From positions 1-37,264 of the IMG/VR virus record IMGVR_UViG_2778261068_000007: a DNA stretch of 37,264 nucleotides; one strand, given 5' to 3'. A program made the position numbers and the translations under genes. This DNA comes from a virus. Lineage: Duplodnaviria > Heunggongvirae > Uroviricota > Caudoviricetes. Below the pieces are notes generated by a model, which was given only the letters and a program-made list of their open reading frames with translations, was not told the origin of the DNA and ran no database searches. This document shows positions 26,722 through 36,196 of the stretch, piece by piece (position 1 is the first letter of the stretch; each line of letters starts with the position of its first letter).

Positions 26722-27210
26722 TCAGAACAACCCTTTAACTGAACTGGTCGCGCTGTTAAGGGATGCTGTCACCTTATCTTTAAGGCCGGACAGCATATCA
26801 CTGAACGCTGAGGATTGCAGGCGTTCCCGCAAATCCTCATCACAGCGTTCAAGGGTCAGGGAAAACTCTATCTTTTTCGCTTTCCCGTAGCGATCCAGTT
26901 CAGAGCGGGTCGTGCTCGTTTCGGTCAGAACATACATGCCGTAAATCTGCCCGACGCCATCAATCAGGGGCCACGGGCGCCCCATATACGCCTGCGTGGT
27001 CAGCAGCGACAGCGACACTTCGCCGCCTGTAATCTCAGGATAAAGCACGCCGGAAAGAACGATGCGATCATCACCTGCACCGATATACTGCCAGCTTGCT
27101 GAACGGTTAACGCGCTCGTTTTTCACATGTCGCCAGCTTTTGTTTTGCTGTAACTGCTGATGCGGTAATGTGCGCAACTCAAAAACAAACATGCCGTAGA
27201 TCATCATCAT
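26722..27210 (-). CDS. U: Tail protein, P2 gpU-like
   Basis: MMMIYGMFVFELRTLPHQ...VLYPEITGG...WPLIDGVGQIYGMYV parallels remembered gpU (MMLALGMFVFMRQTLPHQ...VLYPELTGG...WPLLDGTGMIYGMYV). Confidence 0.85.
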   Translation of the reverse strand: MMMIYGMFVFELRTLPHQQLQQNKSWRHVKNERVNRSASWQYIGAGDDRIVLSGVLYPEITGGEVSLSLLTTQAYMGRPWPLIDGVGQIYGMYVLTETSTTRSELDRYGKAKKIEFSLTLERCDEDLRERLQSSAFSDMLSGLKDKVTASLNSATSSVKGLF

Positions 27211-27221
27211 GGCACGACTCC

Positions 27222-30059
27222 TTACTCTTTATCATAAAAGCTGCCACGCCCGGCACGGGTACGCCGCTCCAGTTCTGCCCTGACCATTTCGCCGACCAGT
27301 TTCGCCAGTTCGCGGGGATTCTGCGTAACAACGTTATGCAGATGGACATGAATTTCACCACCAAATCCGGGGGTCGCAGCCTCCCGGCTGCGGGAAGATG
27401 CGGAAACGGGCGCAACTGGCGCACGTGCGGCCTCCACGACCGGACGGGAGCTTGCTGCAACAACAGGGGGCAGCGCCGGATATAACGGAGCCGGGGGCGC
27501 GGGAGTGATATTGATTGCAGGAAGAGCCTTGTTGCTCTGCGCAACCTTTCGCTCCTGCCACTCCCCACGAACAGCAAGCGCACGGGGCAAATTCTTAAAG
27601 ACAATATCACCGGGGCCGATACGCTTTTTCGTCTCATCAACCAGCTTGCCTGTGTTATCTGCAATTTTGCTGAGCCTGCGCAGCGTGCCAGTGTTGTTGT
27701 CCGTGAGCGGCTTGTTGTCTTTAGGCTTATCGCCTCCGGTCCCTGTTTCCGCAGACTTCGGTGGATTGATTTTTGCCAGGTCCCCCTGAAGCAAAGCAAC
27801 CTTGTCCTGAAGAATGGCCGCACGCTGCGCGTCTTCGATTTTCTTTCTCGCCCTTTCCGCTTCATCTGGAAGGACACCAAGTTTTTCCAGTATCCATGCC
27901 AGCGTATCCAGCAGCATTTTTGCAGGCGTCAGGACAAGCTGTAACGCACCGCCAAGAACGTTGCCGAATACCTCGCCAGCACTGGTGTATTTATCCAGCG
28001 TTTCCTTGCTGGATTCCATCGGTGACAGCAGCGATGTAAACCAGTTAAAGACCTGAATCACGCCATCACGAACCAGTTCGAAAACAGGGCCAAACCGTTC
28101 AAAGGTTTCGCGTAACGGGGCCAGCCGCTCCATAATCCCGCTGAACACCCCGGAAAAAAATGCCCTGATTGGGTCCCAGTATTTCCAGATGAGAACGGCA
28201 GCTCCGGCAAGCGCAGCTACGATAAGACCGACCGGGCTGAACAACGCCCCGATAGCGCCTCCCAGTAAAGAGACGGAACCCGACGCCATTCCCCACAACG
28301 CTGGCAGGACCCTGACAGCATTCATTGATCCGGTCAGGAGGGAAAAACCAAGACGCAGTTTTGCCAGCGGGCCAGCAAGCACCCCAAGAGCCAGTGACAA
28401 CGAGCCAACCGTTGCAGTCATTGCCAGCAACGCACCGCCTGCAATCAGTAGCTGGCGCGTCAGTACCGGATGGGCCTGCGCCAGCGAGGTGATTTTTTCA
28501 AGCACCCGCGTGAGCCACTGCGTGACAGAACGCAGCGGACCGTCAACCAGATCACTGATGCGAATACGAAGACCTTCCCATGCGCTGTCGAGATTTTTCA
28601 GGTCCCCATCAAGATTATCGGCCATTACTTTTGCGACGCGATCGGCCTCTCCCCTTGCCCCCTGCAATTCTCTGGTCAGTTTTTGCAGCTCTCCTGAACC
28701 AGCCGCCGCAACAAGCGTCTGCAAACCAACGAACGCCTCTTCTCCGGCGATGTCCTTGAAGAAGGAGACCTGGTCCACCTGTCCGTATTTTTGTGTCGCC
28801 TTATAGAGATCAAGCAGCACATCCTCCATCGGGCGCATTTTGCCTCTGGCGTCAGCAACTGACACCCCCAGCTCTTTCAGTGCATCAGCCGCAGCTTTTG
28901 GCGGTGATGCAAGGCGGGACAGACTTGCGCGCATGGCCGTACCAGCATCGCTTCCGCGAAGACCATTATTGGCAAGCATCCCGGCCATGGCCGCCGCTTC
29001 TTCAAGACTGATACCAAGTTTTGCGGCAACCGGACCGGTATACTTCATGGTTTCGCCCAGCGCGCGTAAATCAGTATTGGTCCGGGTGAATGCCGCTGTC
29101 AGCGTATCGCCAACCCGGTCCATTTGATCGGCTGTCAGGTTGAACTGTGTGAGGATATTGGAGCCTATATCAGCCGTCTCGCCGAGTTCGACGCCACCTG
29201 CCAGCGCCATATTAAGAACACCGGGCAATGCGGCCTGAATGGCCTGCGGAGTAAAACCAGCCATTGCCAGAAAGCTCTGCCCACTGGCGGCATCACTCGC
29301 AGTAAACTGTGTTTCAGAGCCAAGTTTTAACGCCTGCTCACGCAGCGCCTTAAACTGCGGGCTGTTTTTGTCGATTCGCGTCAGTGCCTGAACGCGGGAC
29401 ATCTCTTTCCCGAACCCGATCGCAGGCTGCAAAAAACGCCCGGCAGCATAGCCGCCAGCCGCTGCCGCACCAATTGCCAGCGCACCACCTGTTTTCAGTT
29501 TTCCCGCAGTTTCCTGCGCGCGCGAATACCGCTCACGCGCCCGCGTTACACGCGCAAGCGCCTGCCGCTCGCGTTCAAGCTGGTTGTTGTATTGTTCGGT
29601 GCGTCTGATGGCCTGCTGAATGGTGTTATCGCTGCCTGTCAGGGAAATGCCGTGGCGTTTCAGCTCTCCGCCAAGCTCCCGCATTTTCTGAATTTCCCGC
29701 GTGCGCGATTCATTCAGGCGTTCAAGCCGGGTGCTTAACTGCTGCATCAGCTTTTGTTGTTTTTCGCTGAGCACAGTACCCGTGCGTTGTAACTGATGAA
29801 GGGCGTTAAGCTGGCGTCGTGCTTTCACGATGCCAGCATCCGCTTTACTGACAGCATCGCGGGCGCGCTCAAATGAACGCGCCTGACGCTCGAGATTTTT
29901 GATTGCCCCCTGTGTTCGCTGGATGGAGTCACCAAGCTGTCCCATCAGGCGGCGGGCGTTTTCGGCTGGCCGGGTCAGCCTGTCAACAGCACTGAAGGCG
30001 ACCCGGATGTCAAGAGTCTTCATTGTCTGCATTCCCGCTGCGAAGTGCCGCCCGCTCAC
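27222..30059 (-). CDS. T: Tail tape measure protein, P2 gpT-like
   Basis: 945-aa Ala/Gly-rich protein with coiled-coil N-terminal region, between the E/E' chaperones and U. Confidence 0.85.
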   Translation of the reverse strand: MSGRHFAAGMQTMKTLDIRVAFSAVDRLTRPAENARRLMGQLGDSIQRTQGAIKNLERQARSFERARDAVSKADAGIVKARRQLNALHQLQRTGTVLSEKQQKLMQQLSTRLERLNESRTREIQKMRELGGELKRHGISLTGSDNTIQQAIRRTEQYNNQLERERQALARVTRARERYSRAQETAGKLKTGGALAIGAAAAGGYAAGRFLQPAIGFGKEMSRVQALTRIDKNSPQFKALREQALKLGSETQFTASDAASGQSFLAMAGFTPQAIQAALPGVLNMALAGGVELGETADIGSNILTQFNLTADQMDRVGDTLTAAFTRTNTDLRALGETMKYTGPVAAKLGISLEEAAAMAGMLANNGLRGSDAGTAMRASLSRLASPPKAAADALKELGVSVADARGKMRPMEDVLLDLYKATQKYGQVDQVSFFKDIAGEEAFVGLQTLVAAAGSGELQKLTRELQGARGEADRVAKVMADNLDGDLKNLDSAWEGLRIRISDLVDGPLRSVTQWLTRVLEKITSLAQAHPVLTRQLLIAGGALLAMTATVGSLSLALGVLAGPLAKLRLGFSLLTGSMNAVRVLPALWGMASGSVSLLGGAIGALFSPVGLIVAALAGAAVLIWKYWDPIRAFFSGVFSGIMERLAPLRETFERFGPVFELVRDGVIQVFNWFTSLLSPMESSKETLDKYTSAGEVFGNVLGGALQLVLTPAKMLLDTLAWILEKLGVLPDEAERARKKIEDAQRAAILQDKVALLQGDLAKINPPKSAETGTGGDKPKDNKPLTDNNTGTLRRLSKIADNTGKLVDETKKRIGPGDIVFKNLPRALAVRGEWQERKVAQSNKALPAINITPAPPAPLYPALPPVVAASSRPVVEAARAPVAPVSASSRSREAATPGFGGEIHVHLHNVVTQNPRELAKLVGEMVRAELERRTRAGRGSFYDKE

Positions 30060-30228
30060 GCCAGCTAACCACTTCGCCGGGCGTCATCATGAAGATTTCG
30101 GCGGGCGACCAGTTAAAAATAACGGCAATATCTGCCACAAAGTCTTCTATGTGCTCAAAGCACACAACCGTGATCAGGCTTCCGTCGCCTGTTCGTTCTT
30201 CCCGCCAGAGTCCGCACCGCTCAAAAAA
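30010..30228 (-). CDS. E' extension reached by programmed -1 frameshift from E
   Basis: In the E reading frame the - strand reads gta aat ttt ttg agc (heptamer T TTT TTG); a -1 slip continues as FERCGLWREER... in the overlapping ORF (track ORF 30010..30246), ending inside the start of T. Confidence 0.5.
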   Translation of the reverse strand, partial: FFERCGLWREERTGDGSLITVVCFEHIEDFVADIAVIFNWSPAEIFMMTPGEVVSWRERAALRSGNADNEDS

Positions 30229-30539
30229 TTTACGGCAACCACACATAACTGAATAAAGTCACGGGATGCCATTTTTTTGATCGTCACTTCATCCAGTCGC
30301 GGTGATGTCACGCGTGACAACAGCGTAAACATGGCTTCCGCTTTCAGATTCAGCACATCAGACAGCGACAAATCTCGCAGAGATCCAGCCTGCTCAATAG
30401 CCCCGGTGATCTCCACATACGTGATTTTTTCGCCGCCTCGCTCAATTGGCTGGGTAAGTTTTACGCCACGCTCGCTGGTTTCTTTCACAGTGTCAGTAAC
30501 TACCGTGTTTTCGGTATCGATGTTTTTCGTCTCTTTCAT
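30174..30539 (-). CDS. E: Tail assembly chaperone, P2 gpE-like
   Basis: Immediately upstream of T; ends shortly after a TTTTTTG slippery heptamer. Confidence 0.65.
   Translation of the reverse strand: MKETKNIDTENTVVTDTVKETSERGVKLTQPIERGGEKITYVEITGAIEQAGSLRDLSLSDVLNLKAEAMFTLLSRVTSPRLDEVTIKKMASRDFIQLCVVAVNFLSGADSGGKNEQATEA
30222..30228 (-). other. Slippery heptamer TTTTTTG for the E/E' frameshift
   Basis: + strand caaaaaa at 30222-30228; the same heptamer I recall for P2 E/E'. Confidence 0.6.
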
Positions 30540-30593
30540 CAGAAAACTCCTTTCAGTCAGAGGCGACGCACTGCGCCGCCTGCATATTACTTA

Positions 30594-31106
30594 TCAGCCG
30601 AGCCCAAGCGCGGAGCGGATGCGGTCGGGTACAATGTCCTTGCCATCCTTCCGGTAGATGTGGTTCGCCAGGTCAATTTCCCACACCGGACGATCGTTAA
30701 TACTCAGCTTGTAGTAGGTGTTTTTGACAGCGTAAGTGTGTGACGTGGCTTCGCCCTGTTTGGCCTCCCCCATATCAATTTCCGTCACACGCCCGCGCAT
30801 CTCGATTTCATACAGGTCGCTTTCTGCATCGGTGTAGTATTCACCCGCAAAACGCAGCAGCGTGCCGTCCATTGTTCCGCCATATTTAAGGAACAGCGCA
30901 CGAACGGCGCCACCCATGACAAAACTCGCATCAAGCGCGGAATCGTCCAGGCCGAGGTCGATACTCACCGCTCCCAGCATGCCACCACCACGATAGCTGT
31001 CGGTTTTACGCGTCAGTTTAGGCGGGGTGACAGACGTCACCTTACCCACTTCATTTTCACCATCCACAAACAGCGTAAAAAAACGAAGATGTTTTGGTAC
31101 GGCCAT
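30594..31106 (-). CDS. FII: Tail tube protein, P2 gpFII-like
   Basis: 170 aa (P2 FII about 172 aa), downstream of the sheath gene. Confidence 0.85.
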   Translation of the reverse strand: MAVPKHLRFFTLFVDGENEVGKVTSVTPPKLTRKTDSYRGGGMLGAVSIDLGLDDSALDASFVMGGAVRALFLKYGGTMDGTLLRFAGEYYTDAESDLYEIEMRGRVTEIDMGEAKQGEATSHTYAVKNTYYKLSINDRPVWEIDLANHIYRKDGKDIVPDRIRSALGLG

Positions 31107-32290
31107 TAAGCACCTCCAAGCACTGCAAATGCAGGACCAAAGAACTCATCAGTGAACGCCTGGTAAAGCTCCGCATCTTCCAGCGGAGGAATGGGCGTAT
31201 ATTTATAGCGAATACGCACGCGCCCCTGTCGTAATTCTGTGGTGCTGTTATCCACGATGTCATACCAGCACGATGCGCCAATCAGTTTCCCGGCAGTAAC
31301 CAGCGAATCCAGTTTTGCCCTGATGCCACTGATGACGTCCTTCACGTTCGCGGGCGTCAGTGGACTGTCGATGGTTTCAAACTGCGCTTCCGCAATTGAA
31401 TCAGCCAGCACCTGTGCGGTTCGGGTATACACCTCAAAGATGTAGGCGTTCGTTTCCGGTGTGCGGTTGCCCCAGAAGCGGAACCCGTTGCGGCGAATGA
31501 TGGTTGTGATTTCTTTGTTGTTGAGGCTGTTGGCGTCGCTGTCATCAGCCTGCAACGACCAGAACACATGCCTGGACATCCCCAGCACATTTTTGACCGG
31601 AACGTTGGACAGCGATTTGTGCCAGCCCTGCTCATGGTCAATGTACGCACGAAGGCCGCACGCATAGGCTGGCGCGGGGAAAACCTCATTCTCGCCACTT
31701 TTCGGGTTGTAAGCGATGAAGTCCGGCCACAGGAGCATCAGCTCGCGTTCGTTGAATTTTTCACGGTATGCAATGGCTTCAGCCATCGTGTTACAGCCAT
31801 GACAGGAGGCATACACAAACGCGCGCAGTTTACCTGCAATCACGCACAGGGATTTTGTCACCGCCTCCGTGTCCAGCCCCGGCGCGGCCAGAATACGCGG
31901 ACGGTATCCGATGCTTTCATCCTGCTCTGCAACAAGCAGCGCATACATCCCCGTATAGCTGCCGTCGGATTCAGAACCACCAATAACCAGTTGATCCTGT
32001 GTTTTTCCGTCTTCTTCTTTGTGTTCAGCCACGCGAACGACGATCACCTTTGTGCTCACCTGGTCTGCAATGGGTTTCAGCGCACGGTACAGCGTCCCCG
32101 TTGTCCCGCATTTTCCCAGCACGTCATTGACGCGGGTCACTAATGCAGGCTTGTTCAGCGGGAACAGCTTCGCGTCCGCATCGTCCGCCGTTGCCACGAT
32201 ACCGATAACGCTGGAATCAACGTCGTTAATTGCTGTTACCAGGTCGGTACTTTCCGTAACGCGGGCGCCATGAAAGCGAGTTTCACTCAT
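31106..32290 (-). CDS. FI: Tail sheath protein, P2 gpFI-like
   Basis: FPLNKP, PRIL..PGLDT, KLRAF, RELM..WPDF, DHEQGWHKSLSNV, RRNGFRFWGNRT and YTRTAQV blocks match remembered gpFI. Confidence 0.9.
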   Translation of the reverse strand: MSETRFHGARVTESTDLVTAINDVDSSVIGIVATADDADAKLFPLNKPALVTRVNDVLGKCGTTGTLYRALKPIADQVSTKVIVVRVAEHKEEDGKTQDQLVIGGSESDGSYTGMYALLVAEQDESIGYRPRILAAPGLDTEAVTKSLCVIAGKLRAFVYASCHGCNTMAEAIAYREKFNERELMLLWPDFIAYNPKSGENEVFPAPAYACGLRAYIDHEQGWHKSLSNVPVKNVLGMSRHVFWSLQADDSDANSLNNKEITTIIRRNGFRFWGNRTPETNAYIFEVYTRTAQVLADSIAEAQFETIDSPLTPANVKDVISGIRAKLDSLVTAGKLIGASCWYDIVDNSTTELRQGRVRIRYKYTPIPPLEDAELYQAFTDEFFGPAFAVLGGA

Positions 32291-32447
32291 AGTTCCAGCC
32301 CCTTGTATCCGTTAAATGATTCGGCAACAATCATCACCCACCACGCGCGCAATCTCATCCCTGCGCCGTTCTTGCCGCCCGGCGACAACAAAAAGCAGTA
32401 ACCCCGCCCGCACACACATGCGACCATGCTGCACAGGGAGGGAGCCG

Positions 32448-33548
32448 ATGATTGACACCACCATGCAACTGTTCAACCAGAGTACTGACCCCGTGAAGAT
32501 GCCTGATTTTGATATTCTCGCGGAGGGGAAAACGCTGTCCGGTGTGGCAGAACGCCTGATGAGCCTGTCACTGACCGACAACCGGGGATTTGAAGCAGAC
32601 CAGCTCACCATCACGCTGGATGATGCTGATGGTCAGTTGCAGTTGCCGCCACGGGGCGCTCGCCTGACGGTTCTCATTGGCTGGAAAGGCGAACCGCTGA
32701 CAGAAAAAGGCACTTACATTGTTGATGAAATTGCTCATGAAGGACCGCCCGACAGACTGACCATTTCAGCCAGAAGCGCAGATTTTCGGGATGAATTTAA
32801 CGTCAAGCGCGAAGTATCCTGGCATGATGTGACCGTTGAACGCGTGGTGTCTGCAATTGCTCACCGATACGGCCTGAAACCGCAAATCAGCGAAATGCTG
32901 ATGGATATCGAAATCGACCACGCAGACCAGACCGAAGAAAGCGACATGTCCTTCCTTACACGCATGGCGGAAATGTTGGGCGCAATCACCACGGTAAAAA
33001 GCGGTAATCTGTTATTCATTATGCCAGGTGGTGGCGTGAACGCGCAGGGAAAACCATTGCCATCGTTTGCCATCACACGCAGCAGCGGCGATCGCCATCA
33101 GTTTCGCATTGCTGACCGCGAGGCGTATACAGGTGTACGCGCCTACTGGCTTGATCTTAATTACGGGAAAAAGAAAAAAGTCAGCGTGAAACGCCGCAAA
33201 CCGAAAAAGGAGAAAAGCAGCAGCCGGGAAGGCGACTATATGGCAGGCGCGGAAGGCAACGTGTTTGTGTTACGCAAGACTTATCAGAACGAGCAGGCAG
33301 CAAGACGCGCAGCGGCGGCAAAGTGGCAGCAGCTACAACGCGGAGCCGCATTATTCTCCATCACGCTGGCGCGTGGACGTGCAGAACTCTATCCCGAAAT
33401 GCATGGCACAGTGGCAGGCTTCAAAAGCGACATCGACAATCAGGACTGGATTATCGCAAAAGCCGAGCACACCATTGATGGCAGTGGTTTTATCACGCAG
33501 CTTGAGCTTGAAGCAAAAATCCCGGAATGGATAGCAGAAACAGAGTGA
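32448..33548 (+). CDS. D: Tail protein D, P2 gpD-like
   Basis: Start placed at ATG 32448 after RBS gggagggag (track ORF begins upstream at 32316); about 366 aa. Confidence 0.8.
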   Translation: MIDTTMQLFNQSTDPVKMPDFDILAEGKTLSGVAERLMSLSLTDNRGFEADQLTITLDDADGQLQLPPRGARLTVLIGWKGEPLTEKGTYIVDEIAHEGPPDRLTISARSADFRDEFNVKREVSWHDVTVERVVSAIAHRYGLKPQISEMLMDIEIDHADQTEESDMSFLTRMAEMLGAITTVKSGNLLFIMPGGGVNAQGKPLPSFAITRSSGDRHQFRIADREAYTGVRAYWLDLNYGKKKKVSVKRRKPKKEKSSSREGDYMAGAEGNVFVLRKTYQNEQAARRAAAAKWQQLQRGAALFSITLARGRAELYPEMHGTVAGFKSDIDNQDWIIAKAEHTIDGSGFITQLELEAKIPEWIAETE

Positions 33549-33710
33549 GCAACTTAAATGTATTAACTCAGAACGGATCAACACACTCACAACATAGAGT
33601 CAATATAGCTGCTCGCTTTGTTCCAGCAAGGATGCCTATTTCTAAGGAAAAACAGAGCAGAAACATATGGTGTTTTTCTACCTGACATCAGGGGTGGTAA
33701 GAATCATGCT

Positions 33711-33740
33711 TTGATAACCAATTGATAACTATTATTATAT
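33711..33740 (+). promoter_or_regulatory. Candidate sigma70-type promoter for the PIN-domain gene
   Basis: TTGATA (33711-33716), about 17-18 bp spacer, then ATTATA/TTATAT; AT-rich intergenic region; RBS gagg before ATG 33774. Confidence 0.25.
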
Positions 33741-33773
33741 TAATCTAACACCATTGACATAGTTGAGGTTTGA

Positions 33774-35276
33774 ATGAACAAAAAGCTGTATTTATTCCCA
33801 GACTCAAACATTTTTCTACAATGCAAGGCCTTGACGCAGGTAAATTTTTCCGAGATTACTGCTTGTGATGAAGTATGTATCATTATTACAAGGCCCATTC
33901 AGCAAGAGATTGACCGCCAGAAAGGGCAAGGTAATTCCCGCCTATCCAAAAAAGCAAGGAAGGCTGCTAGCCTATTTAATCAAGTAGTTGATTCAACTGA
34001 CATGACTCTTGTTATTCGTGAACGCTCGCCGCGAGTTTTTCTTACCATGGATCTAAGCCTGAAACCATGTGAACAGTTATCTGAACAATTGGATTATCAG
34101 GAGGCCGACGATCGTTTTGTTGGTATTGCGGCAGGGTATTGCGCTGACGATCCAGATTCGGAGGTGGCAATCATTACCAATGATAGCGGTCCACGTTTTT
34201 CAGCAATAAAACATAATATAATCTGCTATAAAGTGCCTTCTTCATGGTTGCTTCCTGCTGAGCCAGATGAAAAGGATAAACAAATTAAATTGCTGGAAGC
34301 TAAGCTGAAGCAATTCACTCAGTCTATGCCCGATTTCAGCATTAAAGCAGCCGATGACGAGCAATTAAATATTGTACTTCCTTATTATACAGCTTTATCT
34401 GAATATGAAGTTGATAATTTGCTTTGTCAACTAACGGATGCATTCCCATTGGTTACAAACTTTGACAATGAACAAACTACCCCACAATCACTAGAAAAAA
34501 TCATCAAGTCATTTAGTCAACAGGAGTATTTCCCTGTATCAGCAGATGATATTTCTCTTTATAAAGAAAAACATTATCCACTTTGGAAAAAGCAGTGTGA
34601 AGAAATACTGAAAAACTGTCATACTCATATTAATCCGAAGGCAATAAAATACCCGCTGTCGTTTTTATTACAAAACACAGGTTATACTATCGCTGAACGT
34701 GCTGTGGTAACATTTACAGCAAAAGGAGATTTTCGTCTGTGTGGATTTAATTGGGAGATAATGGAAGAGCTGACTGAAAGCAAAAGGATTGACCTACCTT
34801 CAGCCCCTACCGCACCCAAAGGAAAATGGCGTAGTGTATGTGGCGTAACAGAAAGAATGCCTTACGCTTGGGGAGCTTTGGAAACACCGCTATCCAGTAT
34901 AATTTCAAAAGAAATTGGTCCTTTGTTATCTCTTACTCCAACAGAAAGGGATAAAAACGATTTTTATTATAAAGAAAAGAGAAATGTGCCAGTTCAAGTT
35001 GTATCGCTGGAATGCGAAGAGTGGCGTCATCAAGTCAAAGAAGAAATATTCCCGTTGTTCGTATATACAGCCAACAAACCAAAGAAAGTGAATGGTGCAA
35101 TTGAGGTGAGAGTTGATGCAAATAACCTTACCAATCCGGTCATTAAAACATTTAAATTAAAAATAACTATAGAAGAACATAGTGCATTTTCAACCATAAC
35201 AGAAATGGTGCAGACATACATTCAAGAGCAGAAGAAAAGACAGAAAAGTTCTATTAGCGCACAAATCAAAACATGA
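33774..35276 (+). CDS. PIN-domain protein with a roughly 350-aa uncharacterised C-terminal region
   Basis: N-terminal 150 aa carries the PIN acidic residues in order (LFPDSNIF, QQEID, EADDRF, IITNDSG); gene and flanks are AT-rich unlike the phage backbone; inserted between D and ogr. Confidence 0.6.
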   Translation: MNKKLYLFPDSNIFLQCKALTQVNFSEITACDEVCIIITRPIQQEIDRQKGQGNSRLSKKARKAASLFNQVVDSTDMTLVIRERSPRVFLTMDLSLKPCEQLSEQLDYQEADDRFVGIAAGYCADDPDSEVAIITNDSGPRFSAIKHNIICYKVPSSWLLPAEPDEKDKQIKLLEAKLKQFTQSMPDFSIKAADDEQLNIVLPYYTALSEYEVDNLLCQLTDAFPLVTNFDNEQTTPQSLEKIIKSFSQQEYFPVSADDISLYKEKHYPLWKKQCEEILKNCHTHINPKAIKYPLSFLLQNTGYTIAERAVVTFTAKGDFRLCGFNWEIMEELTESKRIDLPSAPTAPKGKWRSVCGVTERMPYAWGALETPLSSIISKEIGPLLSLTPTERDKNDFYYKEKRNVPVQVVSLECEEWRHQVKEEIFPLFVYTANKPKKVNGAIEVRVDANNLTNPVIKTFKLKITIEEHSAFSTITEMVQTYIQEQKKRQKSSISAQIKT

Positions 35277-35519
35277 GGGTGTACTCAAATAATACAATGC
35301 TATAGTAAATCTATAAGTGCATAACTATTTCCTGATCTTTTCCCAAAATAGATGACAGGATAAAAAACATTCCAATCATTTACAGGCTTTGGATAAATCT
35401 TATCAAAGCCTATTTCTTCAAGAGTTAAATCACCGCTTTTCGCTCGAAACGGACTGGCTGTTGGAGTATGAGCCAGAACAACTTAGAATAGCCCCTGCAC
35501 TACGTTAAGGGAGGTCGCT

Positions 35520-35780
35520 ATGTTCCGTTGTCCGCTTTGCCGCGCATCTGCCCGTATCCGCACCAGTCGTCCTGAAAATGATTCAAACACCGTGCGGCAA
35601 AAGTATTACCAGTGTAACAATCTAGAATGCGGCGTATGCTTCTCAACACTGGAAGCTTTCCATAAATTCACATCGAAACACGCCTCCGGCGTTCACTCTT
35701 CAGAAGGTATCCCGTGGCATGAGCTGCCAGCTTCACACAGGGGAAACAATCAGATGAGTTTGCCTTTGCCTCAAAATTAA
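35520..35780 (+). CDS. ogr: Late transcription activator, Ogr-like zinc finger
   Basis: MFRCPLCRASARIRTSRP...YYQCNNLECGVCFSTLEAF parallels remembered Ogr (MFHCPLCQHAAHARTSRY...YHQCQNVNCSATFITYESV); RBS aagggagg. Confidence 0.85.
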   Translation: MFRCPLCRASARIRTSRPENDSNTVRQKYYQCNNLECGVCFSTLEAFHKFTSKHASGVHSSEGIPWHELPASHRGNNQMSLPLPQN

Positions 35781-35840
35781 CAGGCAGAATTGCCGGAGTA
35801 ACAAAAAAGCGATAGATTACGCGCGGGTGCCTTTCGGCTA

Positions 35841-36053
35841 ATGGCTGGAGGGAATACCCAAAGGCCGGATGTGGAAAGGCCCCGGAAAACATCTCTGTTT
35901 AACCGAGGCCCTGACCATCTAACCTTAGCAAGTGATAGGTTAGCGCCTCCACAAAAAAGGAGCAAGCGCTATGTCGCAAAAATCGCTGATAGCCATCACG
36001 TTCTGCGTGACGGTAATCCTCATCATCTGGATGCTGCACGGTTCGCTGTGTGA
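35841..36053 (+). CDS. mok-like overlapping reading frame of the hok-type locus
   Basis: 70-aa ORF in another frame overlapping the start and most of the hok-like ORF, the same arrangement and size as mok. Confidence 0.35.
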   Translation: MAGGNTQRPDVERPRKTSLFNRGPDHLTLASDRLAPPQKRSKRYVAKIADSHHVLRDGNPHHLDAARFAV

Positions 36054-36111
36054 AATACGGATGAGCTTCTGGGGAGCGGAGTTTGCGGCGTTCTTACAGT
36101 GTAAGCAGTAA
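35971..36111 (+). CDS. hok: Hok/Gef-family type I toxin (46 aa)
   Basis: MSQKSLIAITFCVTVILIIWMLHGSLCEIRMSFWGAEFAAFLQCKQ: N-terminal TM helix then SLCEIR and AAF, as in remembered Hok (..[25 protein letters not shown]..); RBS aaggag 8 nt upstream; absent from the ORF track because under 60 aa. Confidence 0.7.
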   Translation: MSQKSLIAITFCVTVILIIWMLHGSLCEIRMSFWGAEFAAFLQCKQ

Positions 36112-36196
36112 GGAAACCGCGACGGGGGAGCAATCCCCCGTCAATCGGTTGCTAAGGCTGGCCGAAGTGGCACCCTATCCCATGGACACAAACAAG

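Noticed and set aside
28189-28806. 205-aa + strand ORF
   Set aside because: Antisense to the tape-measure gene; Ser/Ala/Pro-rich composition consistent with the reverse strand of an Ala/Gly-rich gene.
30246-30278. A7 run (on the - strand) inside gene E considered as the frameshift site
   Set aside because: The -1 frame from this site hits a stop after 6 codons; the productive slippery site is the TTTTTTG heptamer further downstream at 30222-30228.
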